From an uncultured Bdellovibrionales bacterium (GTDB lineage Bacteria; Patescibacteriota; Minisyncoccia; Moranbacterales; UBA1568): 64,000 nucleotides of DNA. Location: assembly GCA_964500505.1 (NCBI GenBank), contig CAZCNN010000001.1:66621-130620 (forward strand). Reading direction: 5' to 3'. Position numbers and translations under genes: made by a program. Shown here piece after piece: positions 20,302 to 30,127 of the stretch. Every line of letters starts with the position of its first letter. Position 1 is the first letter of the stretch. The notes under the pieces were generated by a model. It saw only the letters and a list, made by a program, of their open reading frames with translations, was not told the DNA's origin and ran no database searches.

Positions 20302-21126
20302 ATGAAAACGCTGGAGCTCACTATCGCTGTCAATGGGTATCGCAGTCCGGAAATTCTCCGACTCTGTCTTCAGTCTATCGAACGGGAAATGACGGGGAGC
20401 GGCATAGACTACGAGGTTATTGTGGCTGATAGCGCCACAGAGGAGGCTACTGAGATGCTCATGCGGGAAGAATTTCCAAATATGAGATTTTTTCCCTTTG
20501 CTCAAAATGTCGGCTTCAAGAAGCTCGTGAATGTATCGCTCGAGGAAGCGCGAGGAGAATACGTCTTTCTCATTAACAGTGACATCGTGCTCAGTCCGGG
20601 TGCGGTGCCAGAGATGCTCACCTACCTCAAGGCTCATCCAGAAATCGGACTCTTGGGACCAAAACAGTACAATTTCAACGGCAGTCTCCAGCAGAGTTGT
20701 TTCCATTTTTATCGACCCGAGACCATCCTCTATCGCCGGACGTGGCTCGGCAAACTCCCATTTGGCAGGAACCACCTCCGCTGGTTTACCCTGGCAGACC
20801 TCGATTTGAGTCGGCCTCAAGCTGTCGACTGGATTATCGGATCAGCTATGCTCGTGTCTCGAGCCAAAGCCAAGGAAGTGGGACCGATGGACGAACGTTT
20901 CTTTCTCTATATGGAGGATGTTGACTGGTGTCGCCGCTTCTGGGAGCACGGATTTAAGGTGGTGCACTATCCGAATACGTTTGTCTACCATTACCATGGC
21001 AAGGGGAGCGCCAAGGGAGGGTTCTTTGGTTCACTCTTTGGGAATCGTCTGACGTGGTATCATATCGAGAGTGCCCTCAAATACTTTTGGAAGTATCGTG
21101 GGAAATCATTACCAACAGTACACTAA
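20302..21126 (+). CDS. Glycosyltransferase family 2 (rhamnosyltransferase-like)
   Basis: 'NVGF', 'LINSD', 'MDERFFLYMEDVDWCRR'. Confidence 0.9.
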   Translation: MKTLELTIAVNGYRSPEILRLCLQSIEREMTGSGIDYEVIVADSATEEATEMLMREEFPNMRFFPFAQNVGFKKLVNVSLEEARGEYVFLINSDIVLSPGAVPEMLTYLKAHPEIGLLGPKQYNFNGSLQQSCFHFYRPETILYRRTWLGKLPFGRNHLRWFTLADLDLSRPQAVDWIIGSAMLVSRAKAKEVGPMDERFFLYMEDVDWCRRFWEHGFKVVHYPNTFVYHYHGKGSAKGGFFGSLFGNRLTWYHIESALKYFWKYRGKSLPTVH

Positions 21127-21135
21127 CAGCAACAT

Positions 21136-22413
21136 ATGATAGAGACAAACCAGGTTCCGCAGACCACACCAGAAAAGAAAGAGCAGGGTCATCGCCTCTT
21201 CAAAAAAGCGTTCCTTGCTTTTTTTATCCTTTTCTTGTTTGGCGTGACCTACTATACAGGGTATGAAAATGGGCGCGAAATGGGGGACGTCACTGCTTCG
21301 GAAGTGCTCTCCCCAGAGGACGCCATCGTCGTCAACAAAAAGAGTGCTGACACGACGATTGATTTCTCGCTCTTCTGGAAGGTGTGGGAGCTCCTCAAGG
21401 ACAAATATGTCGATCGAACTGGTCTCGATGCCCGAGAGCTCTTTTACGGGGCTATTGATGGGATGCTCGCTGCCACTGGGGACCCGTATACGACCTTTTT
21501 TAGCCCAGAAGAGAATAGAGAGTTCAATGAAGATATATCGGGGGTCTTTGAGGGTATCGGAGCCGAAATGGGCATGAAGGATAATATCATCACCATCATT
21601 GCGCCACTTGAGGGGATGCCTGCGGAAAAGGCCGGTCTCCTCCCGGGTGATAAAATCGTCAAGATCGATGATGTGGCTTCGAGTGGCTACTCGCTCGATG
21701 AGGCAGTCAAGCGCATTCGAGGAGCCAAGGGGACCTCGGTCAAACTGACTATTTTCCGGGAAGGCGATGAAGAAACTCGTGATATCACCGTAGAGCGAGG
21801 TATTATTTCTGTGAAGAGTGTTCGTTCTGAAACAAAAGAGGGCAATATTGCGTACATTCGCGTCAGTCGATTTGGCGAGGACACCGATGCACTGTTTACA
21901 GAAGCCGTCAAAAAGGCAGCTAGTGATCAATCCAAGGGCGTGATTATCGACCTCCGGAGTAACCCAGGCGGATTTCTCGATACGGCCGTAGAGATGGCGA
22001 GTTTTATGCTCCCATCGGGACAGATTGTGGTCATCGAAGAAGACGGTGCTGGCAAGCGCAAGGAGCTCAAAGCACGAGGCGGAGATATCTTGAGTGCTCT
22101 TCCGACGGTTGTTCTCATCAATGAAGGTAGTGCGAGTGCCTCCGAGATACTCGCTGGAGCGCTCCGTGAGAACCGGGACAATGTGACCCTTATCGGCAAA
22201 AAATCTTACGGTAAAGGATCCGTGCAGGAACTGATACCAGTAGGCAAGGATACGGCGGTCAAGATTACCGTCGCACGATGGTTGACACCAGAAGGGCACC
22301 AGATCAATAAGGCCGGTATCAGTCCGGATATAGAAGTAGGCATGACCGCTGAAGATCGCGAAAATAAGCGTGACCCGCAGCTTGATCGTGCTCTTGAGGA
22401 ATTGAGAAAATAA
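21136..22413 (+). CDS. ctpA: S41 carboxy-terminal processing protease with PDZ domain
   Basis: 'GDPYT', 'GIGAE', 'DLRSNPGG', 'SASASEI', 'GKGSVQ', 'DPQL'. Confidence 0.93.
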   Translation: MIETNQVPQTTPEKKEQGHRLFKKAFLAFFILFLFGVTYYTGYENGREMGDVTASEVLSPEDAIVVNKKSADTTIDFSLFWKVWELLKDKYVDRTGLDARELFYGAIDGMLAATGDPYTTFFSPEENREFNEDISGVFEGIGAEMGMKDNIITIIAPLEGMPAEKAGLLPGDKIVKIDDVASSGYSLDEAVKRIRGAKGTSVKLTIFREGDEETRDITVERGIISVKSVRSETKEGNIAYIRVSRFGEDTDALFTEAVKKAASDQSKGVIIDLRSNPGGFLDTAVEMASFMLPSGQIVVIEEDGAGKRKELKARGGDILSALPTVVLINEGSASASEILAGALRENRDNVTLIGKKSYGKGSVQELIPVGKDTAVKITVARWLTPEGHQINKAGISPDIEVGMTAEDRENKRDPQLDRALEELRK

Positions 22414-22422
22414 CGGGCCGTC

Positions 22423-22451
22423 TTGACCAGTAGAGGGAGATTTTCTATACT
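22423..22451 (+). promoter_or_regulatory. sigma70 promoter of groES
   Basis: TTGACC-N17-TATACT. Confidence 0.65.
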
Positions 22452-22480
22452 GTGAGGTGCATAACCCGTAAGAAAACTCT

Positions 22481-22759
22481 ATGAAGAAAACGAATGTACA
22501 TCCGCTTGGTGAGAATATCTTGATTCAACTTGAAAAGCCTGAGCAGAAGACGGAAGCCGGTATCTACCTCCCAGAAACAGCCAAGGAAGAGCGTTCCCAG
22601 TTTGGGAGAGTCGCTGGTGTCGGTGAAAGCGATCGTATCAAAGTAAAACCAGGTGACCGAGTCATCTTTCGACTGTACGGTGGTGAAGAAGTCACTATCC
22701 TGGGCGCGTCGTACCTCATCTGCAACTACAAGGATGTCCTCGCCGTAGTCAAGGACTAA
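22481..22759 (+). CDS. groES: Co-chaperonin GroES (monocistronic)
   Basis: 'HPLGENILI', 'KTEAGIYLPETAKE', 'VKPGDRVIF', 'DVLAVV'. Confidence 0.92.
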   Translation: MKKTNVHPLGENILIQLEKPEQKTEAGIYLPETAKEERSQFGRVAGVGESDRIKVKPGDRVIFRLYGGEEVTILGASYLICNYKDVLAVVKD

Positions 22760-22764
22760 GACAA

Positions 22765-22796
22765 AACAAAAAGCACCCGGGAGGGTGTTTTTTGTT
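22765..22796. terminator. Bidirectional terminator
   Basis: AACAAAAAGCACCC-GGGA-GGGTGTTTTTTGTT. Confidence 0.8.
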
Positions 22797-22797
22797 G

Positions 22798-23625
22798 CTA
22801 TGGTTCGATGGGGAGACCGCTCTCTTTTTTGAGATAATCACTGCCAGCGAGCGTCTTGCCAGTAAAGATATTGAGATCGGCTAATCTGACACCACCTTGA
22901 AATGAGGTCAGTTCGTTTTCGCCATAGACCACGATGGTACTACCTGCTGGGATCTCGCCTGAGCGCTTCTCTAATTCTTTGAGCGGAATATGAAAGGCTC
23001 CTCGAATATGAGCCCGTTCATAGGCTTCCGTCGTCTGGACATCGAGGAGCAAGAGATTGGTTGGGGGATTAAAATAGAGCTTTTTAAACTCATCTAAACT
23101 GATGTAGGTTACTTTAGACTGATCGAGAAATGAGTTGGGATCGCCCGCTGAAATGAGTTGATTGCCACCTCGCTTCCAAGCCTCGATGCCACCTTTCAAC
23201 ATGAAAACAGGGTAGGATTTCTGACGGAGGATGGTCTCAGTCGTTTCTCGTGTATTCTTATCCTGTGCCGAGAAAACAATGATGACCGTACGGCCTTCTT
23301 CTGGCACAAAGGTAGCGAGGGCTCCCGTTGAAATGGATCGGGATCCGAGGAGGTGTTCACTCTCAAAGTCAGCCTGGCCACGGACATCCACGAAGACGAA
23401 CTGTTCTTTGTTCATGAGCTTTTGCCGGATGGTATTGGCATCGAGTTCGGGGATGGGATTACTTTGTGCAGGAGAAGGGAGGGCAGCGGAGATGTCTTCT
23501 TCTTTGGGAGTATCTTTAAAAAGCGTTCGTCCGATGAAGTAGCCACCGACTAAGAGCACGAGCAAACCACCTACGAGTACAGCTCGAGCATTTTTCTTGT
23601 CTTGTGAAGTAGGGAGTTCACGCAT
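22798..23625 (-). CDS. Membrane-anchored tandem rhodanese-like protein (no catalytic Cys)
   Basis: 'FVDVR..FESEHLLGS', 'LKGGIEAWK', 'LLDVQ..YERAHIRGA'. Confidence 0.85.
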   Translation of the reverse strand: MRELPTSQDKKNARAVLVGGLLVLLVGGYFIGRTLFKDTPKEEDISAALPSPAQSNPIPELDANTIRQKLMNKEQFVFVDVRGQADFESEHLLGSRSISTGALATFVPEEGRTVIIVFSAQDKNTRETTETILRQKSYPVFMLKGGIEAWKRGGNQLISAGDPNSFLDQSKVTYISLDEFKKLYFNPPTNLLLLDVQTTEAYERAHIRGAFHIPLKELEKRSGEIPAGSTIVVYGENELTSFQGGVRLADLNIFTGKTLAGSDYLKKESGLPIEP

Positions 23626-23636
23626 AAGAGTGGGTG

Positions 23637-24716
23637 CTACTCGAGGAGAGTACCAACAAAACCTTCGTTGCCATTGAGAAATTCCCGGATCGGGAGGGGT
23701 GATTTGCCTTCTAGTTGGACTGTCTCGAGGAAGAGTATACCGCTACCTGTTTGAACACCGATTTTTTCACCGATTTCACAGACCATCCCGATGGGTTGTT
23801 TGAGACCAGGATTCAACTTTTGGACTGAAACGGTGAGGAGCTTGAGGCGGAGGAGATTGTCCTTTTTATGCCAGTAAGCAAAGATGCCCGGCCACGGAGA
23901 GAGAGCGCGATAGCGGTTGTAGATACTCTCGGCATCGTCACTCCAGACGATCTTGCCGTCGCTCCGTTCGATGAGCTGGCAGAGAGTAGCATCTTCGTGG
24001 TTTTGCTTCTTTAGGGTGATGCGACGCTCTACCCAGTCTGGGAGGGTAGAGAGGAGGAGGTCACGGCCAGCCATCGTAAGCTTGCCTGTGAGAGTCTCCG
24101 TAGTATCATCTGGGGCAATGGGGACCGTCACTTGGGTCAAGATATCACCCGTATCCATCCCGCGGTCCATGAGCATGATAGTGACGCCAGTTTCGGTCGC
24201 ACCGGCAAGGAGCGCGTTTTGGATCGGAGAGGCACCTCTCCACAGTGGGAGAAGTGAGGTATGAAAGTTGATACAGCCGAATCCTGGGAGGTTGAGGACC
24301 GATTCGGGGAGAATTTTGCCATAGGCAGCGACCACAATGAGATCTGGCTTCCAATCTGTCAGAGTTTTGAGTGTTGCATCATCTATCCGTTCAGGCTGGA
24401 GCAGTGGGAGGGCGCGTTCGACGGCGAGTTTTTTGACCGGACTCTCTTCAATCTCTCGTTTTCGACCGACCGGTTTGTCGGGCTTCGTAACCACTCCGAC
24501 TATGTTGTATTCGGCATCGAGGAGCGCCTGGAGGAGTGTGGCGGAAAGTGTCGGCGTACCCATAAAGACGACCCGGACCTTGGGCGGGCCTTGCTTGTCG
24601 GCGACAGCGGGCTTTGTTTTATGAAGAGAGCGCTTATCCTTTGAGTGATGGACCATCACTTTGTGGCCGCGGGTAGGCCAGAAATGCTCTACAAAGCGTC
24701 TAAAGAGACTGGACAT
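23637..24716 (-). CDS. fmt: Methionyl-tRNA formyltransferase (start uncertain, N-terminal extension)
   Basis: 'VVFMGTP', 'VVTKPDKPVGR', 'NFHTSLLPLWRGASPIQ', 'MDTGD'. Confidence 0.95.
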   Translation of the reverse strand: MSSLFRRFVEHFWPTRGHKVMVHHSKDKRSLHKTKPAVADKQGPPKVRVVFMGTPTLSATLLQALLDAEYNIVGVVTKPDKPVGRKREIEESPVKKLAVERALPLLQPERIDDATLKTLTDWKPDLIVVAAYGKILPESVLNLPGFGCINFHTSLLPLWRGASPIQNALLAGATETGVTIMLMDRGMDTGDILTQVTVPIAPDDTTETLTGKLTMAGRDLLLSTLPDWVERRITLKKQNHEDATLCQLIERSDGKIVWSDDAESIYNRYRALSPWPGIFAYWHKKDNLLRLKLLTVSVQKLNPGLKQPIGMVCEIGEKIGVQTGSGILFLETVQLEGKSPLPIREFLNGNEGFVGTLLE

Positions 24717-25185
24717 ACGGTAAATTTTTTTGTTTTTTCTCTTGTTTGAGGAAACGATGGAGGATGAGCACGCCATCTAAGTGATCGACTTCGTGTTGGA
24801 TGACTGTCGCGAGGAATCCGCTCGCGCGCAACTTCTTCGGGAGACCCTTTTCATTGATATATCTGACTGTGACCGTCTCGGAACGGAGGATGGGAAAGAA
24901 TTCACCTGGGAGACTGAGGCAACCCTCTTCTGAAACGATGAGTTCTTGTGAGCGGGATGTGATCTCGGGATTGATGAGGAAATACTGCTTTTTCTCGACT
25001 TCAGCGACAGCGAGCCGGAGTGGGATATTGATCTGAGGCGCCGCCAAACCGACACCGTGCTCTTTGTGCATGGTCACAATCATTTTGGGGAGGAGTTCCT
25101 GGATCTCAGGAGAGAGCGGGTCTGTGACCAGCTTGGTTTTTTGACAGAGGATGGATTTGTCCTCGCCAGTAACGATTGGAAGCAT
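24700..25185 (-). CDS. def: Peptide deformylase
   Basis: 'GVGLAAPQI', 'EGCLSLP', 'QHEVDHLDG'. Confidence 0.96.
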   Translation of the reverse strand: MLPIVTGEDKSILCQKTKLVTDPLSPEIQELLPKMIVTMHKEHGVGLAAPQINIPLRLAVAEVEKKQYFLINPEITSRSQELIVSEEGCLSLPGEFFPILRSETVTVRYINEKGLPKKLRASGFLATVIQHEVDHLDGVLILHRFLKQEKKQKNLPYVQSL

Positions 25186-25195
25186 AGGGAGTCGT

Positions 25196-27157
25196 TTAGC
25201 GGAGAGCGAGTGGATCAATATCAATGATGAGGTCTTTGCTATTTTTTTCGAGAAAGGTACGGATACTGGATGGGAGCGTCTCCCGGAAACGGAGAAGCGT
25301 CGTCGACTCAAACTGACCACGCTTCTTCGGTCGATCCACGCTCTTGGTCGGATAGAGTCGACAGTCCTTGGTGAGGAGCGGTGAGAGTGCCCTCGCGAGG
25401 TGCTCACTTTTTTTATTGACTTCCTGTGCTGACTTCCCAGTTGCGCCGAGAGCGACAAAACGTGCAAAGGGCGGATAAGCAAAGTCTCGTCTCTCCTCGA
25501 TGAACGTGGCCAAGATACTCGAGCTCCCCTCGGTCACTATTTTTTGGAAAAAGGCATGTTCTGGATGAAAAGTTTGGACGATGACTCGCCCAGAAGGGGA
25601 GGATACGGTCTGGCGCATGGCTCGGGAAATGTCCCGAAAAAGGCGCTCATCAGCCTGAAAATCAGGAAAAAGAAGGAGACTATCCGCATCAATCATAGCA
25701 ACGAGCGAGAGTTTCGGCAAGGGTGGATCTTTGAGGACCATCTGGGTACCGATGATGATATCGAGTTCTCCGGCGAGGCCTTGAGAGATGATCTCTTGCA
25801 GCGCTCTGGCTGATTTTTGAGTAGAGCTATCGAGGCGGGCGATACGAGCTCGCGGAAAACGCTTGCGGATTTCACGTTCAACCTTTTCGGTGCCAAAGCC
25901 CACATGACGAAACACGAGGTGCCCACAGCTTGGGCAGCTGGGGAAACTCCCGGTCTCAAAGGAGCAATTGAGACAGCGGAAACCACCATCTACGGTATTA
26001 ATGAGGGGGTGATCGCACTCCTTACAGCGGAAAACTTCTTTACAGCGTTCGCACACGGAGAATGCACTCAGGCCCTGACGATTGATGTAGAGAAGGATTT
26101 GCTCACGTCGAGAGAGCGCTTCTTCGATATGGAGCGCGAGCTCTTCAGAGACTGGGGAGTAATTCCGACGGTAGCGCTCGAGGCGCAGGTTCACCACCGA
26201 GAGCCGACTCCCAAAGGGTGGATGGATTGGTAGACGTGCGACTGGTAGCATATCGCCACGTTCTATCCGGGCCAGAGTCTCAACACTCGGAGTACCAGAG
26301 GTCAGTATGAGGGTGGCTTGGTGGATGTGAGCGAGTAGCTCGGCGACGCGTTTGCCGTGGTAGCGCGGACTCATGTCCCATTGCTTATAACTCTCATCTT
26401 GCTCCTCAGTGACAATGATGGCACCCAGATTCTTGAAAGGGGCAAACAAGCCCTGGCGAGTCGAGAGGATAATCCGGGCTTCGCCACTTCGCACTCGTTC
26501 CCAGGCCGAGAAGTAGGCACCGTCCGAGAGGTGGCTCTGGAGCGTGGCAATTTTCGCGGTGGGGAAAGCGCTCTCTAGAGCGCGGAGAAGGATGGGAATG
26601 AGCGTGATTTCCGGAACCAAGACGAGGACTTGTTTCTGAGACTTTTCGTAGTGCTTGATGGCGAGAAGGAGAGAACGCTTGGCTCCGGTATCGAGTGAGG
26701 TATCGATAAAGAGTGGTCGCTCACTCTGTGCCCAGAATGGATTCGCCATGAGGACACGTTCTTCCTTGGTGAGTCGGATGACTTTCGGTACTACGGTATG
26801 GCCTCCAGATTTTTTGGTGAGGCGCTCTCTGACCCGCTTGGCGATAAAATGTTTGAGTGTCTTCCCAAGCGGAGTAAAATATTCAGTACTGATTTCTTGG
26901 GCAAGTGCGCACTGTGCCCCAGTAAGGAGCGCTGGTTCTACGACGGCGGTGACAAATTTCATCCAAGTAGGTCTCCGTCCTGGGAGAGCCTGACACTTAA
27001 AGACGATACCTTGTCCCATCTGACGTCCAAACGATATGGAAACGAGTGACCCAGGCTTGACGGGTACGGTGCTCGCATAGCTAAAAAGCGGTGATCGCGC
27101 GAGAGGCAGGATCATGAGGGGGGCCACTTCGAGACGATAGAGCGAAAAGTCTTTCAT
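25196..27157 (-). CDS. priA: Primosomal protein N'
   Basis: 'LVPEI', 'SYKQWDMSPRYH', four CxxC pairs, 'GTEKVE', 'IGTQM', 'YPPF'; adjacent to def-fmt. Confidence 0.92.
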   Translation of the reverse strand: MKDFSLYRLEVAPLMILPLARSPLFSYASTVPVKPGSLVSISFGRQMGQGIVFKCQALPGRRPTWMKFVTAVVEPALLTGAQCALAQEISTEYFTPLGKTLKHFIAKRVRERLTKKSGGHTVVPKVIRLTKEERVLMANPFWAQSERPLFIDTSLDTGAKRSLLLAIKHYEKSQKQVLVLVPEITLIPILLRALESAFPTAKIATLQSHLSDGAYFSAWERVRSGEARIILSTRQGLFAPFKNLGAIIVTEEQDESYKQWDMSPRYHGKRVAELLAHIHQATLILTSGTPSVETLARIERGDMLPVARLPIHPPFGSRLSVVNLRLERYRRNYSPVSEELALHIEEALSRREQILLYINRQGLSAFSVCERCKEVFRCKECDHPLINTVDGGFRCLNCSFETGSFPSCPSCGHLVFRHVGFGTEKVEREIRKRFPRARIARLDSSTQKSARALQEIISQGLAGELDIIIGTQMVLKDPPLPKLSLVAMIDADSLLLFPDFQADERLFRDISRAMRQTVSSPSGRVIVQTFHPEHAFFQKIVTEGSSSILATFIEERRDFAYPPFARFVALGATGKSAQEVNKKSEHLARALSPLLTKDCRLYPTKSVDRPKKRGQFESTTLLRFRETLPSSIRTFLEKNSKDLIIDIDPLALR

Positions 27158-27214
27158 ATGCTGTCAGTGTAGCAAATTATTGCTCTTTTGGCTTTTTTGC
27201 GCTACTCTTCCGTC

Positions 27215-27763
27215 ATGAACAAGACTCGAAGACTCTTTGTTGGCCTTCCGCTCTCGCGGGAGCTCAAGAAACGCCTGGTGCGTGAAATGGACGTTTTCCC
27301 AAAGGAAGCGTCGCTTTTGACCCGCGAAGAGAACCTCCAAGTGACTGTCTTTTTCCTCGGGTTTGTCCATGAGGGTGAAGTAGCCGATGTCTGTGCTCGG
27401 GTGGGGTCGGTCTGCGAAAACCTTGAAGCCTTTGAACTGGAGTTTAGTGGCATTTCGCTCATGGAAAGTGCAGAGAATCCCAAGATGATTTGGCTGAAAG
27501 GGGAAGCCAGTGAAGGACTCAAAATATTACGGGAAGAAATAGAAAAGGAGTTTGCTTCGTTTGTGACCGAGAAGAAACTCTACCGTCCGCATATCACACT
27601 TGCTAAAATCAAGAAGCAGCGTTGGCTCGCTCTGCCGGAGAAGCCCGTGCTCAAGGACCAACTACACCTCATGGAACCAATTGACACGGTGTGTGTCTAC
27701 GAAAGCCTCACCATCGATGGCAAACGTCGCTACGAGCCTATCGATACCTTTTCTTTGCTTTGA
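27215..27763 (+). CDS. thpR: 2H phosphoesterase (RNA 2',3'-cyclic phosphodiesterase family)
   Basis: 'RRLFVGL', 'ENLQVTVFFLG', 'RPHITLAK', 'YES'. Confidence 0.85.
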   Translation: MNKTRRLFVGLPLSRELKKRLVREMDVFPKEASLLTREENLQVTVFFLGFVHEGEVADVCARVGSVCENLEAFELEFSGISLMESAENPKMIWLKGEASEGLKILREEIEKEFASFVTEKKLYRPHITLAKIKKQRWLALPEKPVLKDQLHLMEPIDTVCVYESLTIDGKRRYEPIDTFSLL

Positions 27764-27766
27764 GGT

Positions 27767-28492
27767 ATGAATCATGACGCCAGAGTTATGAGAATACTCG
27801 ACATTCCTATTGCTATGGGATCCCGCGAGGTTATCCTGGCACAAGTCAAAAGATTTTTGACTGAGCCACGATTCCATCGCATTGCGACGGTCAATCCCGA
27901 GTTCTTGGTCATGGCCGGTCATGATGAGGCATTCAAACAATCACTCCTTTCGGCCGACCTGTGTGTAGCAGATGGTACCGGTATCGTACTCGCCGGACTA
28001 TTCAAGGGAAAGAATGTCACACGATTTCCCGGTGCGGACCTCCTCCATGAAATCCTCACCATCGCTGAGCGAGATGGACATCCTATCTTCCTCGCTATCA
28101 AAAAAGACGGTCTTTCTTCGTATCAAGAAATCCGTCAGTCTCTTCTCAAAAGGTATCCGAAACTTTCTGTTGCGGGGGTAGAGGTTATCATGACGGAACC
28201 CTGGGAACACTATCAGCTAAAAGCTAAAAGCTATAAGCTCGTTTTGTGCAATTTCGGTGCCCCAGCCCAAGAACTCTTTCTCGAAAGTCTGAGAACTAAT
28301 CCGGGCGATATCCGTCTCGCTATGGGTGTAGGAGGAAGCTTTGATTTTCTGACTGGCAAACAAAAGCGCGCGCCGCAGTGGCTCCGTACCTTCGGCCTCG
28401 AATGGCTCTGGCGCCTCATCCTTCAGCCGAGGAGATGGCGACGTATCTGGAACGCAGTGGTCGTTTTTCCGCTCAAAGTATTGATTAAATAG
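27767..28492 (+). CDS. WecB/TagA/CpsF family glycosyltransferase
   Basis: 'TVNPEF', 'ADGTG', 'FGAPAQE', 'MGVGGSFDF', 'RAPQW..GLEWLWRL'. Confidence 0.93.
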   Translation: MNHDARVMRILDIPIAMGSREVILAQVKRFLTEPRFHRIATVNPEFLVMAGHDEAFKQSLLSADLCVADGTGIVLAGLFKGKNVTRFPGADLLHEILTIAERDGHPIFLAIKKDGLSSYQEIRQSLLKRYPKLSVAGVEVIMTEPWEHYQLKAKSYKLVLCNFGAPAQELFLESLRTNPGDIRLAMGVGGSFDFLTGKQKRAPQWLRTFGLEWLWRLILQPRRWRRIWNAVVVFPLKVLIK

Positions 28493-28538
28493 TGAAATAA
28501 GGTTAGAATAAAGCCACAAATCCGTATAGTAGTGTTTT

Positions 28539-30071
28539 ATGTCAAACGTTCGAGTCAGATTTGCCCCATCACCAACTGGATTTCTCCATGTGGGAGGGCT
28601 CCGTACAGCACTTTATAGCTACCTCTTTGCCAAGAAAGAAGGTGGGACATATATCTTGCGCATTGAAGACACGGACCAAAAACGGCTTGTCCCAGGATCT
28701 GTAGAGAGTCTCATTCAGACGCTACTTGCAATGGGAGTGCGCCACACGGAAGGTCCATTTGAAAAAGATGTGACGAGTGGACCATCGAGAGAGTCTACGA
28801 AGTACCCAGGCATTGTGGAGATGGGAGAGTATGGCCCATATATTCAATCTGAACGTCTCGATCTCTACCAGAAGTACACGGATGAGCTCATAGCTGAGAG
28901 GAAGGCTTACCGATGTTTTTGTACACCGGAACGCCTAGAGGAGATGCGGACAGAACAATCGCGCAATAAGCAGGCCCCAAAGTACGACCGATTTTGTTTA
29001 AAACTTTCTGAATCAGAGGTTACTCGCAAGAAGGAAGCTGGTGAGCCGTATGTGGTCCGTTTTCTCATTCCTGAAGACAGAGAAATCGAGTTCGTAGATT
29101 TGGTTCGAGGCAAAGTTAAGTTTCATACCAAAGATCTTGACGACCATGTCCTCATGAAGTCTGATGGCTATCCTACCTATCACCTGGCTGTGGTGGTGGA
29201 TGATCACCTGATGGGCATCACTCATGCTCTCCGCTCCGAAGAGTGGGTCCCGAGTACCCCCAAACACATCCTCCTCTACGAAGCACTCGGTTGGGAGGCA
29301 CCGCATATTGGGCATCTCTCGGTTATCCTAGGTAAGGATGGTAAGAAAAAGTTGTCCAAACGCGATGGCGGTGTATCGGTGGAATACTTTCTTGCTCAGG
29401 GTTACCTAAAAGAGGCACTCATCAATTTCATCGCACTTCTTGGTTGGAACCCGGGGCAGGGGAATACGCAAGAAATTTTTACCCTTGAGGAGCTCGAGCA
29501 ATCATTTAGTTTATCCGGCTTACACAAAGCTGGCGCGGTGTTTGACTTGAAGAAGCTCGACTGGATGAATGGTGAATACCTGAAGAAACTCTCTGTCGAT
29601 GAGCTCTACACTCGGGCGCTTGAGTTCGGTCAGTTTCAAAACGAATTTTTTGCGACGGTAGGGGAAGCACTGAAATCTGAGACTTATCTCAAACGTGTTC
29701 TCGCGGTTGAGCATGATCGACTGACCCGTCTCACAGACATCGGGCTCCACAATCCCTTTTTCTTTGTGATGGGGGAATATGAGGCCAAGATGCTCAATTG
29801 GAAGGACAATGATGCCAGCATGACGCGAGCTTCTTTGGAACAAGCAGAGAAGCTCCTTGAGAACTTTGACGATACTACCTGGGCAACGCTCAATCTCATT
29901 GAAGAAAAACTGCTCACAGAAGCTGGCGATAAGCGTGGTGACTTTCTCTGGCCACTGCGGGTAGCGCTCACGGGTGCCGAACGTTCACCTTCACCAGCCC
30001 AAGTCGCCTGGGTTCTTGGGAAAAACGAGAGTCTCGCACGCCTCAAACAAGCCATCGCCAAGCTGGTGTAG
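28539..30071 (+). CDS. gltX: Glutamate--tRNA ligase
   Basis: 'RFAPSPTGFLHVG', 'RIEDTD', 'KLSKR'. Confidence 0.97.
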   Translation: MSNVRVRFAPSPTGFLHVGGLRTALYSYLFAKKEGGTYILRIEDTDQKRLVPGSVESLIQTLLAMGVRHTEGPFEKDVTSGPSRESTKYPGIVEMGEYGPYIQSERLDLYQKYTDELIAERKAYRCFCTPERLEEMRTEQSRNKQAPKYDRFCLKLSESEVTRKKEAGEPYVVRFLIPEDREIEFVDLVRGKVKFHTKDLDDHVLMKSDGYPTYHLAVVVDDHLMGITHALRSEEWVPSTPKHILLYEALGWEAPHIGHLSVILGKDGKKKLSKRDGGVSVEYFLAQGYLKEALINFIALLGWNPGQGNTQEIFTLEELEQSFSLSGLHKAGAVFDLKKLDWMNGEYLKKLSVDELYTRALEFGQFQNEFFATVGEALKSETYLKRVLAVEHDRLTRLTDIGLHNPFFFVMGEYEAKMLNWKDNDASMTRASLEQAEKLLENFDDTTWATLNLIEEKLLTEAGDKRGDFLWPLRVALTGAERSPSPAQVAWVLGKNESLARLKQAIAKLV

Positions 30072-30127
30072 TACCAGATATGGGTATGGTATACTGAGAG
30101 TTACGGAGCTTGACCAAAAAATCAACC

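Noticed and set aside
19216-22299. Long antisense ORFs (19216-20118, 21109-22299, also 56923-57690 and 4430-5164)
   Set aside because: They mirror well-supported genes on the opposite strand, have no motifs, and are explained by codon bias.
24580-24716. N-terminal extension of Fmt as a novel domain
   Set aside because: Short, low-complexity, and the start codon is uncertain.
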